From: an uncultured virus (IMG/VR IMGVR_UViG_3300011969_000080)
Lineage: Duplodnaviria > Heunggongvirae > Uroviricota > Caudoviricetes
DNA: 20,000 bases
Virus record (IMG/VR): IMGVR_UViG_3300011969_000080
Strand: one strand, 5' to 3'
Below, one piece after another: positions 15,896-20,000 of the stretch. The first letter of the stretch is position 1. Each line of letters begins with the position of its first letter. The position numbers and the translations under genes were made by a program. Below the pieces are notes generated by a model, which made no database searches, was not told the origin of the DNA, and saw only the letters and a list, made by a program, of their open reading frames with translations.

Positions 15896-16909
15896 ATGCA
15901 CAGCGAAACCGCAAACCCGCCGGTACGAAACGCGCAGCGGCGGGCCCGCTATGCGGCAGCGCTCACCCTCCTGCTCGCCAGCGCGCTGTCCGTGGCAGCC
16001 CTGGCCACGTCGCAGGAGGTTGCATCCGCCGCAACAACCAGCATCAACCAGTGCAACAACATTGACGGCAGCCCGAGCGGCGCCACGACAGGACTAACCT
16101 GCACCGTGACCGTCGTCAACACGATCAACGGAAACACCCGCGGCTCAACAACCACCGTAACCCGGCAATGTTCCCTAGGACCGTGCCCGCCCGGTAATGG
16201 CACGTTCACGACCACATCCACATCCCTGGTCACCACCGTCACCCAGTGCAACGGCTCAGCCAACGACGCGGCACCACCCCTGGTCACGTGCCGCGTCAGC
16301 GTCACCAACAACATCAGTGCGGGTACGCCCGGCGGAGCGCCCGTGAGCACGGCGAGCGTCAACCAGTGCGTAGGCTCCGGCACCGGCGGCGGCAAGTACG
16401 ACGGGTCCGGCCCGCTCATTTGCAACCCGTACCCGGCCAGCACAACAGGGGCCACCGTCACCCAGTGCAACGGCTCAGCCACGGGCGGCGGCTCAACGGT
16501 GGCCTGCTCGGTGGCGCCCACATCCAAGGTCAGCGCCGCAATCCCGCTGCGCGTCAACCAGTGCAACGGCACCGGCAACAAGGGCGGAACCCTGGTCACG
16601 TGCTCGGTCAGCATCACCACCAACATCACCCGCGGCGCCACAGCAGGAACCCCTGGCACGCCAGGCACACCCCAGGGCGCACCCGGAACCTCAGGCACAC
16701 CAGGTGCGGCGCCTGGCGCCGGCGGCGCGCCGGGAACCTCAGGCGGGCCGGCGCAAATCACCCGCGTGCCCACCGGCGGAATAGCGTCCGGTGACGGCTC
16801 AACTTCCGGCCTACAACACGGCGGGCTGCTCGGGCTCGGCGCCGGCCTGCTCCTGGCTGCGACAATCACCTTCCGCCTCCGGGGCCTCGCCGGACGTTAC
16901 GGTCGATGA
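15896..16909 (+). CDS. Secreted Thr/Cys-rich repeat surface protein with probable sortase-type anchor
   Basis: Signal peptide, repeated (V/I)(T/N)QC(N/V)G(S/T) units, G/T/P linker, VPTGG motif followed by a hydrophobic helix and basic tail. Confidence 0.8.
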   Translation: MHSETANPPVRNAQRRARYAAALTLLLASALSVAALATSQEVASAATTSINQCNNIDGSPSGATTGLTCTVTVVNTINGNTRGSTTTVTRQCSLGPCPPGNGTFTTTSTSLVTTVTQCNGSANDAAPPLVTCRVSVTNNISAGTPGGAPVSTASVNQCVGSGTGGGKYDGSGPLICNPYPASTTGATVTQCNGSATGGGSTVACSVAPTSKVSAAIPLRVNQCNGTGNKGGTLVTCSVSITTNITRGATAGTPGTPGTPQGAPGTSGTPGAAPGAGGAPGTSGGPAQITRVPTGGIASGDGSTSGLQHGGLLGLGAGLLLAATITFRLRGLAGRYGR

Positions 16910-16976
16910 GCGAAAACCCCGAACGGGGCGCAGGAGGCCGCCAACGCCTGGCTATCAAGGTAGTCGCCGGCCCCGC

Positions 16977-17078
16977 GGCTGTGGCCGCCCCGTACACCGC
17001 CCCGGCCGACACTTCCAGCTGAGCGGGGCCCGGGCCCTTTTGGAAAGTTATGGAGCTTTTGCGCTTCGTGAAAAACCC
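16977..17078 (+). repeat. About 102-bp direct repeat, copy 2 (orphan gene tail AVAAPYTAPADTSS* plus AT-rich motif)
   Basis: GGCTGTGGCCGCCCCGTACACCGCCCCGGCCGACACTTCCAGCTGA versus GGCCGTGGCCGCCCTGTACGCCGACCCGGCCGACACCGCCAGCTGA; the AT-rich core matches 21/23. Confidence 0.8.
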
Positions 17079-17103
17079 GCACCCATCCTTCCCACCCGGG
17101 AGG

Positions 17104-17137
17104 GTGGGTGCTCCACGTCCCCGTCGGCGCCCACGGT
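17104..17137 (+). promoter_or_regulatory. Class II promoter-like motif
   Basis: GTGGGT-N22-CACGGT-N7-ATG(17145). Confidence 0.7.
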
Positions 17138-17144
17138 CACAGCC

Positions 17145-17630
17145 ATGACCAAATCTCCCCTCAACGCCGGCCGCGCCCAGTTCACCTGCGGCAGTCGCAA
17201 CACTCGCAGCACGGAGCCCTGCGGCCGCCTAGTGACCCGCGCCACCTCCGAGGCAGGCACCGGCTGCGGTGTCGCCTCCCACGCCCACACGCCGAAAGCG
17301 AACCGTGCAGCGGGGCCGGCGGCCAGCGTGCGCCCCCCGGTACTCACCCCCGTCGCCGACGGCAGCTACGTGGCCGCGTGCGCTGACTACAACGCCGCCG
17401 CTGCCCGAGCCGCGGCCGCCCGAGCCGACGCCCAGGAGGACCGGGACACTGCCGCGGGTGCGGGCCGCACCTATGACGACGCACACGGTGACCTTCACGA
17501 CGACGGTGGTACCAACCGCCGTGCCTTCATCGAGGCCGCGGCCCGGGCGGCCTGTGAGTCTGAGGATCGCGCCGACGAGGCAGACGCCGCCCTGCGCGAG
17601 GCCGGCGCAGTCATCCGCCACGGCGGCTAG
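17145..17630 (+). CDS. Zinc-finger-header protein with Ala-rich helical payload
   Basis: CGSRNTRSTEPC...CGVASH header; payload VAACADY resembles array paralogue 10 (VAACAEY). Confidence 0.75.
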   Translation: MTKSPLNAGRAQFTCGSRNTRSTEPCGRLVTRATSEAGTGCGVASHAHTPKANRAAGPAASVRPPVLTPVADGSYVAACADYNAAAARAAAARADAQEDRDTAAGAGRTYDDAHGDLHDDGGTNRRAFIEAAARAACESEDRADEADAALREAGAVIRHGG

Positions 17631-17749
17631 CCCCCACGCAGCCGCACCCCTCACCGGCCCCGTACACCGCAGCTGGTGTGCCCGCAATCCCACGACTCGT
17701 CCGGGTGGGCGGTAGCCCGCGCCCGCCCCGGGCCCCCACAGTCCCCGAC

Positions 17750-18460
17750 ATGACAACCACCGAACCGCTGTTCTGCACCACCTGCCCACCCCGTTTCCGC
17801 AGACTTATCGGGAAGGAAGAGCGCCGCGTAGGGCGCTGCTGGGAGCACAAGAACGCACTCGTCGGCGGTACGCCCGCAACCGCGGCCCGCGGCGCCGGGC
17901 ACACCCCGCTACCCATGCCTGCACTGGTAGCGCTGGTGGAGGTCCCCGCACCCGCCTACGGTGATGGGTTCGCCGCCCGCGAGGCTGAGGACCGGGCCTA
18001 CGAAGCTGAGCACGGCCCCGCCCAGGTGGCCGCGACCCGCGCTGCCGCGGCGGCCCGCGAAACTCTCAGCGCCGCGTGGGACGCGTGCGAGGGCAAGTCG
18101 CTGCACGGTCCCGAGAGCCGGGCCCGCTTCGCAGCCAACGACGCCTTTATGGCTGCTGAGAAGGCAGAGAAGGTCGCGTACGCACGGGAGACAGCCATCG
18201 AAGGCGCGCAGGACGACTACCGTGCCCTCGAGCAGGACGTCAAGGACACCACCTGGGCTGCCTGCAGCGCTGACGCCGCCTACTGGATTGCGCAGAGCAC
18301 CCACAAGAGGATGCGCTCCACAGCCAGCGCGGATGCCTACGCCGCCGCGGGGTGGGATGCGGTAACCACCGCGAAGCTGCGCCACGCCGCAGACGACGCC
18401 CTGGCTGAGGCCGACGACGCCTGGCCGGCCACCATGGACGCCGCCCGCGCGGTCCGCTGA
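17750..18460 (+). CDS. Zinc-finger-header protein with Ala-rich coiled-coil payload
   Basis: MTTTEPLFCTTC...RCWEH; CACAGT-N7-ATG upstream. Confidence 0.8.
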   Translation: MTTTEPLFCTTCPPRFRRLIGKEERRVGRCWEHKNALVGGTPATAARGAGHTPLPMPALVALVEVPAPAYGDGFAAREAEDRAYEAEHGPAQVAATRAAAAARETLSAAWDACEGKSLHGPESRARFAANDAFMAAEKAEKVAYARETAIEGAQDDYRALEQDVKDTTWAACSADAAYWIAQSTHKRMRSTASADAYAAAGWDAVTTAKLRHAADDALAEADDAWPATMDAARAVR

Positions 18461-18470
18461 CCTGAGGAGC

Positions 18471-18500
18471 ACCCACTCGGAACGTAAGCCCCGGGTGGGT
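18471..18500. repeat. 30-bp palindromic-arm site ACCCAC-N18-GTGGGT (inverted partner at 18978-19007)
   Basis: 25/30 identity to the reverse complement of 18978-19007; the right arm doubles as the class II motif. Confidence 0.7.
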
Positions 18501-18535
18501 GTCCCACGTCGACGACGGCCCCCACAGTCGAGCGC

Positions 18536-18970
18536 ATGACCACACACATCTGCAACAACCCCAACACGAGCGGCACCGGCCCGTGCAGGCGCACGTTTAC
18601 TGACCCGGCCGTGTCCTGCGGCGTCACCCACCGCGGCGGCATCGCCGTCACGGCTGCCCCAGCCCAGGCCCCAGTCGCTTACCGTGGCCACGGGGGAGTC
18701 GCAGGCTACACCTTCGCCGCAGACACATACTGTGTTGACTGCATCCTTTCGGTACTCCCGGAGTACCACACCGATGGCATGGTTGGTGACACCCGGGACG
18801 TCCACGGGGTTGTGGACGTCGACGGTGCGCTGTGGGACGTTGCCATCGACAGCGGCGTCGACCGTGAGGACGAGTACAGCTTCGACAGTGACGACTTTCC
18901 CAAGGTCATCCTGCAGGGCATGACGAACGAGTCGACCGAGTGCGGCAAGTGCTCGGCCAGCATCGGCTGA
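18536..18970 (+). CDS. Zinc-finger-header protein with acidic CxxC...CxxC payload
   Basis: CNNPNTSGTGPC...CGVTH header; YCVDC...DSDDFPKVI...CGKC payload; class II motif at 18495-18528. Confidence 0.82.
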   Translation: MTTHICNNPNTSGTGPCRRTFTDPAVSCGVTHRGGIAVTAAPAQAPVAYRGHGGVAGYTFAADTYCVDCILSVLPEYHTDGMVGDTRDVHGVVDVDGALWDVAIDSGVDREDEYSFDSDDFPKVILQGMTNESTECGKCSASIG

Positions 18971-18977
18971 CCCACTG

Positions 18978-19007
18978 ACCCACTTAGGGCTTACGTCCCG
19001 GGTGGGT
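18978..19007. repeat. 30-bp palindromic-arm site, inverted copy
   Basis: Core GGGCTTACGT is the reverse complement of ACGTAAGCCC in the left site. Confidence 0.7.
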
Positions 19008-19042
19008 GTCCCGCGTAGGCGACGGCCCCCACAGTCCCCGGC

Positions 19043-19657
19043 ATGACAACCACCGAACCGCTGTTCTGCACCATCTGCCCGCCCCGTTTCCGCAAGCTTC
19101 GCGGGGAGGAAGAGCGCCGCGTCGGTCGCTGCTGGGAGCACAAGAACTCCATCGTCGGCGGCACGCCGGGAAGCGGTGTCAGCGGCCCGGCCCGCGGCCC
19201 CGTCACCGCGTATGCCCCAGACGGCATGACCCCGGAAGACTTCGAGGACGAGCAGGACACCAAGGTGGCCGGCTATGTCCTCGCCGGCCCAAACCCCGAC
19301 GGGACCAACGAGCTCACCCTGGCCGCCACCGTATCCGTGTGGGCCCGCGACGCCGCCCAGATCGACATCGCCAACGCGGTCGGGACCGCCTACCAGGCCA
19401 GCTGTGTACACAGGGGCGGCCCCACTGTCAACCGCACCTTCTTCGTCGAGGAAGACGCGCGGCCCACCCATGGGCACCGCTACTACGTCACCGTGGAGAA
19501 GCACGTATACCCGGCTGGCGTCGAGGGAGCGCACGCGCTGGCCGGCGCGGCACCCACGCGCGAGTACCCGGAGGCCTACGGGCACGACGTCCTGATCACC
19601 GCACTGGCCGAGGCCCGGGAGTGCGCCCTGGACGCCGGCTGGGTTGGCGCCCCCTGA
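19043..19657 (+). CDS. Zinc-finger-header protein; header nearly identical to that of 17750, unrelated payload
   Basis: MTTTEPLFCTIC...RCWEHKNSIVGGTP; class II motif at 19002-19035. Confidence 0.82.
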   Translation: MTTTEPLFCTICPPRFRKLRGEEERRVGRCWEHKNSIVGGTPGSGVSGPARGPVTAYAPDGMTPEDFEDEQDTKVAGYVLAGPNPDGTNELTLAATVSVWARDAAQIDIANAVGTAYQASCVHRGGPTVNRTFFVEEDARPTHGHRYYVTVEKHVYPAGVEGAHALAGAAPTREYPEAYGHDVLITALAEARECALDAGWVGAP

Positions 19658-19726
19658 TCGGGAGGCTTGCGCCAAGACCGGCACAGTTGTGCTGCTTCTG
19701 GCACACTCGCGCCCTGGTCTGGGGGC

Positions 19727-19754
19727 TTGCGATTGGCCGACCGCCCCCCACAGT
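19727..19754 (+). promoter_or_regulatory. Class I promoter-like motif with no downstream ORF start
   Basis: TTGCGA-N16-CACAGT. Confidence 0.55.
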
Positions 19755-19762
19755 AGGCATCG

Positions 19763-19890
19763 GTATCAAGCCGCTGCGGAACCTATAGGGAACCGGGCTC
19801 GCGGTGACATCTAGTGTTGCGGGACATCCAAGGGCCCGTACCTGTCCGAAGGGACGCTCCACAGCGAGCGTCCCTTCGTGCTGTCCCGCC
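19763..19890 (+). ncRNA. Candidate structured small RNA
   Basis: Follows a class I motif; perfect 13-bp hairpin 19847-19878 nested within an 8-bp stem 19819-19826/19882-19889. Confidence 0.35.
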
Positions 19891-19943
19891 CCTGTGCCCC
19901 GGGTGGGTGCCCAACGTCGACGCGGACACCCACAGTCCAGGCC

Positions 19944-20000
19944 ATGAGCGAAAACATCTGCGGAAGCACCGCCACCCGATCCACCCCCACTTGCAAGAAC
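19944..20000 (+). CDS. Zinc-finger-header gene, 3'-truncated by the window edge
   Basis: Class II motif at 19903-19936; MSENICGSTATRSTPTCKN resembles CGSRNTRSTEPC at 17145. Confidence 0.7.
   Translation, partial: MSENICGSTATRSTPTCKN

Noticed and set aside
16640..16750. GTPG-type tandem DNA repeats
   Set aside because: An ordinary Gly/Thr/Pro linker of the surface protein.
17657..17670. GCCCCGTACACCGC shared with 16987-17000
   Set aside because: A single 14-nt GC-rich match with no flanking similarity. It could be a tail remnant, but that is not supportable.
17909..19684. 591-aa minus-strand ORF and other long antisense ORFs (3105-4085, 3397-4422, 15949-16869)
   Set aside because: These are shadow ORFs of high-GC + strand genes, which have motif-supported starts and coherent domains.
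19668..19710. Extra TTGCGC...CACAGT and TTGTGC...CACT half motifs
   Set aside because: Spacers are far shorter than the invariant 16 nt.
19802..19817. NrdR-box-like ACATCTAGTGT
   Set aside because: Only half of the palindrome matches, there is no convincing second box, and no nrd gene is nearby.

Overview
High-GC, actinobacterial-looking accessory DNA with no housekeeping genes. It most plausibly comes from a large plasmid, ICE or giant phage. Every native gene is on the + strand; the only - strand gene is an inserted IS256-like transposase. Main content: (1) the 3' part of an IS607-type tnpB element; (2) a 5.7-kb tandem array (4306-10056) of 15 short, translationally coupled paralogues with a conserved head (MTPHEAMxAW), a variable Ala-rich helical middle and a conserved tail (LEDALxALLxxP), plus one 'empty' head+tail mini-gene; (3) a series of genes (1125 and 12819 onward) with N-terminal C-C-C-H zinc-finger 'header' modules fused to unrelated payloads; (4) two exactly spaced promoter-like motif classes, mostly leaderless: TTGYGN-N16-NACRGT and GTGGGY-N22-CACRGT-N7-ATG, the second found only before zinc-finger-header genes; (5) an IS256-like element (27-bp TIRs, 8-bp TSD) splitting one such gene; (6) two host-like envelope cargo genes, one of which appears to have replaced the middle of a header gene; (7) several non-coding repeat or structured motifs. 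The function of the array and header families cannot be determined from sequence alone.
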